Positions 11,594 to 24,680 of a stretch of 64,000 bases of DNA are shown in pieces. Under the pieces are notes generated by a model, which ran no database searches, was not told where the DNA came from, and saw only the letters and a program-made list of their open reading frames with translations. Location: contig NC_135255.1 of NCBI RefSeq assembly GCF_964204865.1, forward strand, positions 23,126,001 to 23,190,000, in the 5' to 3' direction. Each line of letters opens with the position of its first letter. Within the stretch, counting starts at the first letter, position 1. The DNA comes from Styela clava. Its lineage: Eukaryota. The translations under genes were made by a program, and so were the position numbers.

Positions 11594-14251
11594 ATGATCA
11601 AATATATAACCCTGTTTATGCTTATTGGAATAATTTCCACGGAGAACGCATCGTCTTTGGATAATTATGGGACAGTACTGACCGAGCAAATGAATCGATA
11701 TTGCCAAACGTATATGTGTCAACATACCGACCATACATCGGTAAGACAACAGAGAGAGCCGCGGGTTGGAAAAGCTGGGCCAGAGGGCCCACCTGGACTA
11801 CCCGGAATAGTCGGTCCCCGTGGACCTGCTGGAAGCGTCGGTCCACAAGGGGTCAAAGGTCAGCCCGGGGTTTCTGGACCATCGGGTGAAGTGAACTACA
11901 CCAGGATCGTGGAGATAGTTGGGGAGAAAATAGGTAAGATTTTATTTGGTTTAAAGCACGTTCTCTGTGGCAAATAATCAATACGGTCACCCATATTACT
12001 AAGCCGTTGTGTTGTATTTTACTTAGAATAGTAGTAGCGTGTATGAATTATGTATTTATTATATCATTGAATAAAAAAAAAACATTCAACTTTAACTGGA
12101 TGAACTGGAATGTCTTAACTGGACTTAATCAGGATTCCAGGTCTATGACACCAAAACTAAGAACTTTCGCTGGTCGCGGAAAATATCCTATTTTTTATAT
12201 AACATGACGGTTGAGCCTGGGCGTTAAAAAATTTCACAAAAACCTATCAAGCCATTTCATTTCACATACCATTGTTGAATTGAAGCAAGAAAATTACAAA
12301 ACGTGAAAATTAATTTATTCTGTTAATTAATTAAATCCAGTGTTTTATTAAAAAAATTATTGAATTTCTTTGTAACATTTCAGGAAAGTATCTTCTTCCT
12401 AACAAAGATTGTAGCAACTTCGACACAAATGAAATGGCTTTGCTTCAGAACGAGACTGGCGGTGTGTTCGAAATCAATACGATCAAGCTGGAACATCGAC
12501 TCAGGGTTTATTGCGACGTAGAAACAGATGGAGGGAAATGGATGGTAAGAAGTGGTATTTTCCAGAATGTTTCGCAATTTTATTTCCATATTCTTTTTTC
12601 TAAATTGTTAAAACGAAGCTCGTGATCTATGTGGTAACTTCAGAGGGAAATTAGCATCCTGTTTGCAAGGGGTTTTATAACGCACGATTTTTTCATGCCG
12701 TCTAGCTTCGTATGTCTGAAGTCTCAGTTTGTATATTGGCAACATAATTTTCAATCAGAACGTTATATCATATGAATTTTTCACATTAATATGGCACCTC
12801 CGAACAATGTACCAAATAAGCTAATGAATTTATTTGTAGAGAACCTTAAATATTGCAATTGCATTCCATGACTGATATTACATGGGTGGGTTATATTTTT
12901 TTATATTTTCGGCCAACAGGTTTTCCAACGAAGGTCTAACGGAATGCTCGATTTCGCCTCGTATAACTGGAAAGATTATGTGGAGGGATTTGGAAACCCA
13001 AAATCTGAATATTGGATGGGTAAGAAAAATGATTGTTGGAAAGGATAGGCTTGTAAAAAGAAAACTTTCCGAGGAACTTCTAGTTCTTATCATTTATAAC
13101 GTAACCTGGTTAACATATCACCAAAAAACTGTTAAATCTGGCAACTAGATTCTATGATATATTCAAAATCTTACTAAATTAAAACGATTAGAATTGAATG
13201 TAACTTTACTCCATGTGTGATAGCATGAATTTAAACTATGCTGAAGTGCAAATATTCTTCCAAATATAGTCGCTTGCGAGTCTTGTCCAGAGTGAATTCG
13301 TGAAACACATAATAAAATACAAATAATTTACAATATTCTCAAATTTGTTAGGATTGGAGAAACTTCATCGATTAACATCAGACGGTGAATTTGAACTCAG
13401 AATTGATTTGGAAGATTGGGAGGGAAATAAACGCTACGCCAAGTATTCGTAAGTATTTCATCAATTATATTTTACCCGTTTTTTACAGCTGTGGGTATTG
13501 CGGACGGAGACTCCGGTTTCTGAATCGGAAACGACAATTTTTGATTGAAAAAGCTGAATCATTCGGAATACTTTTCATATTTAATTGGAAGAATTTGACT
13601 CCGACAAATTTGTTTATTATTTCAAATCCGACTTCTCATCTTCATTAATGAAAAGTTTTCTGGTCGATTAATAGCTTTGTTTATGAGATTGACCAAGTTG
13701 ACTGAATAAGACAAAACTAGGAAATTATCGATAGTCTCAAAACAGCCGCCTTCCTATTAGTAACACTTTGTTTAGATTCTTACAAATCCGGTCGAGCATT
13801 TCTCGCGGCCTGTATCATCATATAGGTGATGCAAAACTGATTTTTCGGGTTTCAGGACTGAATATGAAATTCTATATTAAAACGCATTATATCTATGTTG
13901 TTGAAATAATATTTTTATTTCAGGTCGTTTTCCATCGGATCCGCTTCTACAAAATATCAACTCAATGTTGGAGGATATTCAGGAAATGCTAGGGATTCAC
14001 TTACAGAGGGACATAACGGAATGAAGTTTTCGACAAAGGATCAGGACAATGATATGGATGGTGGCAACTGTGCAAGTCATTTTAACAGTGGTGGATGGTG
14101 GTTTAATAAATGCTTTGACTCAAGCCTCAACGGTAAATATATCAGTGGAGGTCAGACTAGTAGAGATGGTGAAGGAGTCATCTGGGTACATTGGAAGGGA
14201 AGCAGATACTCACTGAAGTTCACGGAAATGAAATTCCGTCCGAGAGTGTAA
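11594..14251 (+). CDS. Ficolin-like secreted lectin (collagen + fibrinogen-related domain), copy 1, ~341 aa, 5 coding exons
   Basis: Exons 11594-11933, 12384-12544, 12920-13019, 13352-13448 and 13924-14251, all with GT..AG introns in compatible phases (1,0,1,2). The 1026 nt join into one ORF. Signal peptide [15 protein letters not shown]; YCQTYMC; 14 GXY triplets (GKA..GEV); fibrinogen-domain motifs [70 protein letters not shown]. Confidence 0.93.
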
Positions 14252-15085
14252 AGATGTTAAAACATCAATCAATCAAAACCAAGACTCTGGAGTTAGAGTC
14301 GCATTTTCAAAATTTTTCTAAATCGATGTTGCAATTTTGAACGAAAATTTAATTAAATACAAGATAAAACTAATCCTATAAAATTTTTGTTTTCCTGAAA
14401 ACTAAATCAAAAGTGTTTTTTCTAATTTTAAGAATTAAAATTTTGAATTCTTTCAGGTTCTTATTTGAAATTATAGGACCAAATTTTTTCACCTAATCAA
14501 CCTAGATCGAGTTTTCATTTGTAATACATTAATATAACAAATACCTGAACCAGCCATTTGGTCAATATTCTAAATATCCGTTTAATCTCGTATGAACACA
14601 TGTAGAATTATTTTCTGTTTCGGACCTTTAAATAGTAGAATGTAAATAAACAAATTGTTTCATGCAAATGTCTTAAAACTTTCATTAAATCTAGTAAATT
14701 CGTTGTTTTGAATTCATTCAAGTTTCTTCAAATGTACATAGTAATTTTTAATCATTTAATTCTTGATATCATGCTCAGATGTCAATAAATCATGTATTAG
14801 ACAACAGGCTTGATATCGTATTTGGGTTGGAGAACGGAAAGACAGCTGATTGCGAGCGCGATTGATGTTTGTAAATTTTACAAATGTACTTTTGTGGGAA
14901 TGGTCGTTTGCGAGAATGTTACTTTGTTGAAAGTCATTTTGCGAGAATAAAGTCTGTAGGAAACGACTATTTTCAAATAATGCAGTTTTGCGAGAACGAG
15001 ATTTTACAAGGGTGAGGTGTTTTGACAGAAATAAATTTATGAGATTAAGCGTTACCGCAAATGTAGTTCCAAATTTAAATGGGCT

Positions 15086-15376
15086 GGATAGGATAGGATT
15101 TACATATTTATCCCGGGGGAGAGGAAATCCGATACGACGGCTCGACCACATGGCAAACCACGCCTCTCGCCCGGTTATCATTCCATGTCAGGTATGGGAT
15201 GAGTTAGTTATTTGTTTGCGGAAGCATTGACTTGATGGTGGAGAAAGCCGTAACCGACCAGCGGTTACGTAAACCACCCTACGCCGGCGAGGAGTCTATC
15301 AATCCTCTCGCACATAACTATCCACGCGTGGGATTTGTGCCTGTGAACCACCGTGCCTTGTCACACCGCCGCGGCT
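15086..15376 (-). mobile_element. Putative tRNA-derived SINE with (ATCCT)n tail; also at 31481-31771
   Basis: Dispersed ~290 bp repeat with tail ggataggataggat. The homologous copy at 48484-48494 has an intact Pol III B-box GGTTCAAATCC on the minus strand. Confidence 0.7.
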
Positions 15377-17286
15377 AACTGTGACGTCAATCTTCAAATT
15401 TTATTGCTAACATACTTCAATTTTGATTACCTTACACTGGTTGTGGTGCGGAGCAATTATGTGCGATAGAATTGCTTGACTTCTACCCTTTCAGAGTGGG
15501 TTAAGTAACCCGTTGGTCTGTTACGACTTTCACCACCAAGCACATATACAGCGAATGACTGGTTGACTACTTTCATACTTTGCCAGATAACCAGACGATG
15601 AGACGAGTGTCTGTGGTTCGCGATATAATTAAAATCGTCTTATCACTTTTCTTCTATCATGGAATAATTGATTAGAAATTATCTCATTCTAACGTTCAAA
15701 TAAAAATTGCTTCTCCAGAATACTCCTATGTTGATGAGTATGGACATCTTACTTTCTCACATCTGCATTCGCGCAGAGACACATTTTTGCTGAAATCAAT
15801 CCTTGCAACATATTCTCTTGCTATTCTGTTTATGAGTAACACTGCTATAATATTGAGCGCTATTAACCAGTGGTTATATAACTTCTCGTGTTGGTTAGAA
15901 ATCCCTAAAAACTTCGAGCGAAGTCGAGTCTTTGATAAATTGGACTCTGATCATGTTCTGGACCCCCAAACATTGGCCATCCTGATAAATATACATTCTT
16001 GTAAACGCCCTATCAGGCAAATTTCTTCCAATTAAGACCGATTTTACGCGTTGGCTACCATCAACCAGTGACAGCATAAATCGTGAGAATGTGAGAAGCC
16101 ATCATTGCCATCACATCTCTGATTACTCCTTTAAGTACCGACCGCCGTCGCGTGCGGACGTGGCTATCTCGAGCCGAAGATATACATTCGAGAAGTGAAT
16201 CTCAGACTTAGTGACATCAATAAACAAATAACAGAAATAGCAGATTTTTGAATGATGGAATGGAAATGTGCAACATGGAAGATTTTTAAAGATATTGTGA
16301 AGATAAGTTCGGACGAAATTATGCTCTGCTCAAATATGTGACCGGATATACAAAAGTTAAACTGAACGAACTGATATTTGAAAATTCACAATCGATTTTT
16401 ACATTGGCGTGTTAACGTTTTAGTAGATTTTACTAGATATATGTTCGAGCATGGAACGGAAACATGCATTCGCACCTCATTCTGGGATTTTTCGGATTGT
16501 TTGTTTACATGCCGCATCACACGCACAGCGGATATTAAATTCACTGTTTTGTTTTTGAAAAAATTGCACGCAACTTGACCAAGTTAAACGCCTGAGTAAT
16601 GACCGCCGTCAATATTCATGTTCATTTGTTTGTGTTTGTGACTTGTTTTCTTTCTTTTTCGGTATGTGAACGCGTTTAATATGTTTTTAACTTATTTTTT
16701 GGGGTTTTGTTCACTTTCCAGGTGCTTCGCCTTAATCTTTTGTGTATATATGTTTATTTTGTTTTTGCGAATGAATCGAAATAAAATATTATCTTACTCT
16801 ATGCCAGTTCGCAAGTTTGAATCCTGTGGAAGATAATTACCGGTAAGTGCGAGAGAGAGTAGCTGGACTCCACAAACATGCCAGGGTGGTTCACGAAACC
16901 ACTTACCGAAATGGTCGGATCCTATTCTCGTACCCGACATGAACTGGTACTTGGTATATTTAATCCGGCTAGGAATGGAGATGATATAGTCCAAGCACAT
17001 ATTTAGAAACCCCCAATCGAGAGAAAAACATTAGTCTTTCAACATCTCTGTCAACAGGAGTTTTAGTATAAAAGTATATTTAAAATTCATATTTCCTTCA
17101 CACTTGATATAAAAAGATAGAATAACTAATAAAGCCAGGATTTGCATTTCCACAAGCAACGTTTAGCACATTCAAACAGCAAAATTTGGTTTTAGTTTGG
17201 TTGTGACGGCATCAGGTCGGCCAGAATAAATTACCCAACTAGTAGGATTTGGCCCGCGGCCCGTAGTTTGCCCATGTAATCAGTAA

Positions 17287-19609
17287 TTTTTTTTTTCACC
17301 ATTCCAAAGCACACAATGTGAATACACAATACAAGAAATAGGAAATATGGTACTTTAGGGTGAAGGGAGGCGCGAGACACCAAGACTGGTGATCGAGCAG
17401 CGACACCCATGACAAGTCTAACAGTAATAGATAAATAACAGTAATATATAAATCAAACAAACAATAAATATTAGAACAGGTTTACGTTAAAGTAAGTCGA
17501 GGCGACCTACATAAATAAATACAAAATAAATAAATGTGGAAGTAAATAGTATTGCTAGTTAGACAAAATATGTACATAAAGAAACTAGTATATTAGAAAA
17601 TTTTAGTCCATCATTGAAAACATGAATGCAGTAAACACTGTACGGTATCGGTACCCAAGCAAACAGCATATGGAAAAGACATCGAAATAACAAGTTCAAT
17701 ATTTTCAGAGTCTCCATCTATTTCAGTTACTGTGGACTGTGGGTGAAGTCAAGTGTTGAGCTGACAATGACAAGGGGTGGAGGGTGTCAGCACATCAAAC
17801 AGATGTGGTGACCCGAGACAGGTAAGATGAAAGCATGACCTTCTTATATTTTATTTTAAAAGAGAGATATGTGCTTTCACGTAAACTTTGTGGAATACTA
17901 TTCCATATTATGACACCTTTGTATTTCAGGGAATTTTGAGATTTGCTCAGTGAAAAGCGAGGTACAAAAAAATTGGACTTGGTTGAAGAGCGAGTGTTGT
18001 GTTCATGCACAGAGGTAAGCGAAACAAAATAATTGTCGAAAGCTGTGGGCAAGTGGTTGTTTTGAAATTGGTGCATAACTTTGGAGATCTCTAGAGTGTG
18101 AATGTCAGATAGTTTTAACACCCTTGTTTTATGGTATAGGGTGTTTAGGTTTGTACGAATAGATGCTCTAGAGAATGTTCTAACAGCTTTATTCTGTGAG
18201 ATCTCCAATTTAAGAATGTTACTGAGCCCCAAGCGGTTATGGCATATTGTATGTGGGATTGAAAGAGAGCAAAGTAGACAGTTCGCAGGGTGGCATCCTG
18301 GACATAATGTCTGAGTTTTCCCAATATCCCAACCGATCTCGACCATTTTTTATGTAATTCGATAGTATGGGTGTTCCATTTTAAATTATTATCTATATGG
18401 AGCCCGAGATATTTATAGGATTGGACGACTTCCAAGTCAACCCCCCTGATTTTGATTAGAATGTCGGCATGTGTTGTTAGCGATTTTCGGCTGAAAACCA
18501 TGACTTTCGATTTTTCGACATTTACAGTAAGTTTGTTGCATAACATCCACTCATATATTTTATTTATTTCTGAGTTTACAGTGTGTTGGAGTGTGGTCAA
18601 GTCTTTTCCACTAGCAAGCAGGCAGGCATCATCGGCGAAGAGCTTGGTTAGAAAATTAGAGCAGTTCGACAGGTCATTTACAGAGAGTAAAAAAGCCAAA
18701 GGCCCGATAATTGAACCCTGGACAATTCCGCACTGAATGGGCAACATTGGGGACTTATGAGAACCTAATTCAACAAATTGAAACGACCACTCAGGTAATT
18801 AGCTAGTAGTTTGCTTACATTACCTCTGAAACCATAGTGTTGCAACTTTTGAATAAGAATTTTGTGGTCCACCGTGTCAAAGGCTTTCTTTAGATCAAGG
18901 AAAGCACAACTCACATTTATCTATTTTGTCATAAATATATGATGTTAAGTCTAGGATGGCATGGCTAGTAGAGTGGTCGGGTTGGAATCCGAATTGGCAT
19001 TTATTGATCAAGTTGAATTTGGTACAAAAAATTAGCATTCTCTTGTATATTAACTTTTCCAGAATAAGACCAATTGAAGATAGAATAGAAATTGGCCGAT
19101 AATTAGAGGGATTATTTTTGTTGCCGCTTTTGAAGATTGGTATTACACCCGGCAATCTTTAATGAGGAGGGGAAAATACCATAATTGAATGATAAATTAA
19201 AAAAGTGACTCAATTCTGGAGAAATAATATCTGCGAATATTTTCAAAAAAAACGGGGAAATACCATCATGTCCAACTGCTTTGCCCTTTTTCAGGTTCAA
19301 TATTATTTGGCGAACCTCGGTAGATGTCGCTTGCCCCAGAAAGAAAGAATGCTGTGAGGGAGCACTCAAGAAAGCTTTGAAAGATTTCTTGATTACCATA
19401 TTATTCTTGAAAACAACAGAGGGGATGTGAAGCACACTTGGAAAACTATCAATGACATTATTAGAGTTAGGTCCAAAGATGAATCCATCGTCTCTGAATT
19501 GGAGCTTGAAAATGGTGCCACAGTATCCGACCCCGCCAGAATATCCGCCGAGTTCAATAAATTCTTTTCATCTGTAGGAAAGAAACTTGCTGACAATATT
19601 CCACATAGC
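17287..19609 (-). mobile_element. 5'-truncated, frameshifted non-LTR retrotransposon (CR1/L2 group), with inverted 5' segment 19391-19609
   Basis: Minus-strand RT motifs in several frames: PIFKSG..NYRPISIL, QFGF, DLKKAFDTVDH, QGSIIGP..NDL, LFADD, YKYLG, and C-terminal HEHNTR. 3' UTR ~17297-17794 and A10 tail (T10 at 17287-17296). The plus-strand piece encodes the upstream linker KHTWKTINDII..EFNKFFSSVG..IPHS. Confidence 0.9.
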
Positions 19610-20327
19610 ATGTGTTAGAGTAGGGACGGGCAAACACGACCCGGGGGCCGGATCCGTCCCCCGCCATATGTTTAACTCGTCTTATTGACTTGTCTCTCCT
19701 CTGAGTAAATCTGACAATCTTCACCCCCTTTCCCGGCTTCACAGCACTCAACCAGTAAACATTGCAGAAATATCAACTTGCCACTTGCGTGGACGATTTT
19801 TAATCTTAACCCATCGGTTCCCAAACCTTTTCTGTCACATTCCTCTCTTGGCCTATTTTTAAGCTCCTAATTCCTTTAACAATACAGATACAAACTCTAT
19901 TAAAATTTGTTACACAATATTCGACGCAACGTTTGTACATTTTGAATAGTTCATAATGTATGCATATATTATTTTCTTTAGAGGCTCTTAGGATATTGAT
20001 TTAACAACGATTATTTTATTCGACGTTTTGTTCAGTTTCAGGAGCCAGTGCTCTGTAATGAGCTTATATAATTTGGAATTTTCTACGGGCTGTTTGAGAT
20101 TGTTTTTTTGCGTGCGATGACGTCATCCAAATTAAAAATTGCCCATCTTGTTGCGGTTCCGTGTTCGCTGTTATCAGTTGCTCAGGCAAAGTTGTGAAGA
20201 TTGAAAGATTTTTTATGATGACATATTCGTTCTATTTCGTTTTGGTCGTGTCTGTATATTTTACCATTGCTCACTTGTTTCTATCATTATTGGTTTCTGG
20301 TGTAGGGATTTGTTCGGCGTCAAACGC

Positions 20328-20542
20328 GGGCACTCCCGTAGTATGTGTACCAGTTTAGTGTTAGGCCATAATTTTATTCCGATTTTTCCTATTTTAGTTC
20401 TATTACGAGTTCGAGGACTGTCTGTGTTAGTCAAGTGAATATACCCCTGTCCATAGGTTTCATTTTCTTTACACAACTTGTTGTAAAATGAACGAACAAA
20501 GTAAGTTACTTCCATATTGGTACACATACTTCTGGAGCACCC
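20328..20542. mobile_element. 215-bp MITE with 25-bp TIRs and 6-bp TSD; relatives at 19-185 (partial), 22598-22807, 23721-23983, 36723-36937, 56533-56746, 58765-58973, 60104-60350
   Basis: gggcactcccgtagtatgtgtacca ... tggtacacatacttctggagcaccc flanked by aaacgc/aaacgc; the 23721-23983 copy is flanked by agaata/agaata. Confidence 0.8.
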
Positions 20543-22202
20543 AAACGCGTGTAAAAACGTGCTATAAAGCAAACACCAGTTGTTCTATTTACTTACATAT
20601 AACAGTCAACTTTCTGAAAATTGCAACTCGCACTATGAGATCAAAAGCAAATGATCAAGTTTTGGCAACAACTTGGCACGCGTTTATGAAATTAGGACTT
20701 TCCCAATGTAGCAAAAATTGTTCCAGACAGAATTAGTCAATAGCTGTGTAAATTTAAGGTCAATACTAGAAAAAATATTTAATATCAGATAATTAAAGCG
20801 AACAACGTAGCAGACGACTGTTACATTTTGTTTCATAAATCGATTATTACATAACAATTTGGAGTTTTAGATGATAATGAAAACACAATTAAAATATTTT
20901 TTTGCTGTCATCGAAACTAGTTTAATGCTCGCAGACGTATAACAAAGTGTTTTCTGGTTTTCATTTGTCAGCTCGAGTTGATTGAACAGTTTAATCTTTT
21001 ATAGGGTTAGTATGGGCTTGCAGATAAACCATCAAAGTTATGTTTTGTAGTTTGAGTTATTAGAACATATTGAAAGTTCATGGGCTTAGCAAAAAATAGG
21101 TAAATTTTTTAACTTAGAGCTTTGTATACGTTGCTTTCATTAAACATTTTTCTCGGACACCGAAAAGTGCAAGCAGACGCTAATTTGAATATAGAAAATG
21201 TGGAATGTTCTTGAGCTCCTCTTTCCACAACTTTTACATGGAACAACATCTGTTACCGATGTGCGATATCTTGCGATACTTGTAAGTGAAGGAGCAAAAG
21301 TTATGTATTTTGGTTGTTATTTGTCAACGCCAGTTGATAGAACAGTTTGAACGTTTATATCGGTATTGCAAGAGATGTAATATGTAATAATTTCAGCTTT
21401 GAGATTTTGGTACAAAAATTGTTTTATGTAATTGGCTATCTTGCAGACGCGCCTCCGAAGTAACGTATTTTGTATATAATTTGTCTATTTCAGTTAACAC
21501 GTTTAGTAAATTAATCAAAAAATATGAAACATATAACAGTTTTAGCTTGGAGCTTCTTATACATCCATTTTTCACACATTTCCCTTCGAACAAGTAGCGT
21601 ATTCTGGGTATTGTTTGTTTGCAATAAAAAATGACAATTGTAATATATGACAATTTTAGCTTTTGGTGGGACGTTTTTTAATGTCTTCCACCCAGAAGAA
21701 AGTGATTCCCTCGATTTGCGAAGAGCTACTCTACTCACAAAATTTGTTCTGGTTTTTATTTGTACTGTACAAGAACTCTACTGGTTATGTAATAAGCTAC
21801 CTTATAGAAGCGCTATTATCGAAATGCTTAATAGTTTTTTTTTCTATTCGTCTTCTAGTTAACAGTGGAAGCGTAAGATATGCAATATACAATAATATTT
21901 ATAGCTGTTAGTTTTTATCTTTTTTTCTATATGACAATTTTCCAGGATTTTCACTCAAAACAAGGCCCTATACGGGCTTTCACTAATATGCAAACGAATA
22001 CCATGTAGACGCGCCATAAATGAAATACCTTTTCGGTATATTTAATAATTTCAACTTAGAATTCCAACTTAAAAACTTTCACTAGTTCTCGTTGCTAGAA
22101 TTTTGTGATAACTTTGTGTGATTTTCTATGTATGGAACTTTATTCAAATGGTTTAGACTCTAAACTTTAGAGTGAGCATATGAAGTGGGATTCATGGTGA
22201 GT

Positions 22203-22341
22203 TAGGATTCACATATTTCTCCCGGGGAGAGGAAAGCCGATAAGACGGCTTAACCATATGGAGAACCACGGCCTCTCGTCCTGTTACCAGTCCATGTTGG
22301 GTATGGGATTAGTTTTAGGTATTTGTTTTTCGGAAGCATGG
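22203..22341 (-). mobile_element. 3' fragment of the same SINE; also at 38598-38736 and 58366-58505
   Basis: Shares cccggggagaggaaagccgataagacggcttaaccatatgg..cggaagcatgg with the full copies. Confidence 0.65.
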
Positions 22342-24670
22342 CGTTGCGGCTCAATGTTGTTGTCGCTAGAATGCTATTGATTTTATTAATTTCAGAAACT
22401 TTCTGAGGGTTCTATGTTTCCACATTTTCTGTTATCTGGTGTTCAGGCAAAGTCATGAAGATTGAAAGTTTGTCCATACATCTACTGTGACAGATTACAT
22501 ATCCGTTCTATTTCTTTTTGGATTTTGTTGCTCACCTGTTTTCATAGTTTATATCATTATTGGTCTCTGGTGTAGAGCTTTGTTCGGCGTCGAACGCGGG
22601 TACTCCCGTAGTATGTGTACCAGGTTGGGATTAGGCCATAATTTTATTCTGATTTTTGTATTTTATTTCTATCAAGAGTTCGGGGACTGTCTGTGTTAGC
22701 CAAGTGAATACACCCCCTACCCATAGGCTTCCTTTAAACAACTTGATGTAAAGTAGGCGAACAAAATTAGTTACCTCCATTTTGGTACACGTACTTCTGA
22801 AGCGCCCAAACACGTGTGAAAATCGTTCTATAGAGCAAAAAAAAACAGTTGTTCCATTTACTTGCATATAACAGTCAACCTTCTGAAAATTGCAACTCGC
22901 ACAATGAGATCAAAAGCATGTGACAACTTGGCACGAGTTTATGAAATTAGGCCTTCCACCATGAAGCTATTGTTTCAGACACAATTAATCAATAGCTGTG
23001 TAGGACCAGTAAATTTAAGGTCACTACTACAAAAATATATTTTAGTATTAGATGATTAAAGCGAACAACACAGCAGACGACTATCACATTTTGTTTCATA
23101 CATCGATTATTAAATAATAGTTGAAAATTTTAGAAGATGATGACAAGACAATTAAAAAAGTTATTGCTGTCATCGAAACTAGTTTAACGTTAGCAGAAGT
23201 TTAACAAAGTTTATTCTGGTTTTTATTTTTCAGGTCAAATTAGTTTAACAGTTTTATCTTTTATAGGGTTAGCATAGGCTTGCAAATAAACCATCAAATG
23301 TATACAATTAGTTTGGGTTATTAGAACAGATTGTAAGTTCGTGGGCTCAGGTCAAAATATGCAAATTTAATAATTTAACTCAGATCTCTGTATACGTAGT
23401 TTCTTTATATCCTTTGTCTGAGAGAACGCACTGTACAAACCACTGATTTGAAAAGTTGCTTACTATTTACTTACATATAACAGTAAACTTTCTGAAAATT
23501 ACAACACGCACTATGAGATCAAAAGCAAGTGATCACGTTCAGGCAACAACTTGGCATGAGTTTATGAAATTAGGACTTTTCGGATTTAGCAAAAATTGTT
23601 CCAGACATAATTAATCAATTGCTGTTGAGAATTTAAAGTCACAACAAGTCAAAACAAAATAGGATATTGAATGCGTTATAAAAGTGCGCTACGATGCGCC
23701 ACACCGCCGAGTCAAGAATAGGGTACTCCTGTAGTATATGCACCTGGTTAGAGTTAGGCCGTAATTTTATTCTGATTTTCTATAATTTAGTTCTATTACG
23801 AGTTACGGGGACTGTCTGTGTTAGCCAAGAGGATATACCCCCTGCTTATAGGTTTCAGTCCCTTTACACTACTTGATGTAAAGTAGGCGAACAAAATTAG
23901 TTATTGGTACACATACTTCTGGAGCACCAAATAATGTTGGAAAACTATTCAACAGTAACTACCGATACACTTCTGGAGCGCCGAGAATATAATCCATGGT
24001 TCCCCATATGATTAGGTCAAATTCATTGGCTTTTACAAGAATGACTGTGAATAATCTAAACCTATCACAGTATTGATATTACAACTCCAGAACTCCATTA
24101 CACAAAAAAGATAGACAGATAGTTTATTTTGAAAACCCCATAATATAGGCCTACACTGATTCAAATGAAGAATTTTGAAAGGCGAACAAAACCTTTGAAA
24201 AAGTTGTGTCAAAATAAAATTATACTTATTGTCGCGGTATAAGATCTTGCTGCTGTGGTTGCAAATATGTCAGAAGACCAAAAGATTTCAGATTGGTTAT
24301 TTATTGTACGGCAACTTCACAATCTAAAACTTGAAACAGCAAAAACAGAGCACACAACGAAACGCAACCCACCTCCAGACCAACGGCCGGAGAACGAGAA
24401 CAAGAGATATATTTTCTCTCGCACGTGTAATTGGGTGGTCGCAGTCCAGACCCGGTCAAAACTGCCCAAATTAGGTCTGGTATAGTTTAGTATCACAAGT
24501 ACTTCCAGTATTCCGCACGGTGGACATTTTTGAAATTTTAATATGTGTTTCATGAATCTCTATAAAAGATACGGTCTCAATGATTCGGGTGAGAAAAAAT
24601 TATTTCTTACATAAATTACGCTTTAACTCAGTTAAATTGAGAATGCCTTAAATTTTTCCTTAAATCTGGT

Positions 24671-24680
24671 GGAATTTCCC
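24671..24680 (-). promoter_or_regulatory. Consensus NF-kB/Rel site GGGAAATTCC; also at 41066-41075 and 61038-61047
   Basis: Exact match to GGGRNWYYCC on the minus strand, with near matches at 24929-24938 and 25141-25149. About 3 kb upstream of copies 2-4. Motif match only. Confidence 0.3.

Larger units (their letters stand above)
20150..23640. repeat. Older diverged internal duplication within each unit
   Basis: ~20150-21130 aligns with ~22430-23400 including the MITE; a third partial copy lies at ~23460-23640. Confidence 0.75.

Noticed and set aside
11594-11977. Stand-alone 127-aa collagen-like protein
   Set aside because: It is exon 1 reading into intron 1; a canonical donor at 11934 splices in frame to the fibrinogen-domain exons.
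14756-15230. 141-aa and 80-aa ORFs seen in several units
   Set aside because: They overlap a SINE and tgcgagaa sub-repeats; recurrence reflects recent duplication, and the ORF ends differ in unit 3.
15540-16800. Possible further retroelement or gene remnant
   Set aside because: No diagnostic protein motif recognised in any frame.
17273-19613. catgt as LINE target-site duplication
   Set aside because: Only 5 bp, separated from the A-tail by 9 nt, and the two flanks are not adjacent in unit 3.
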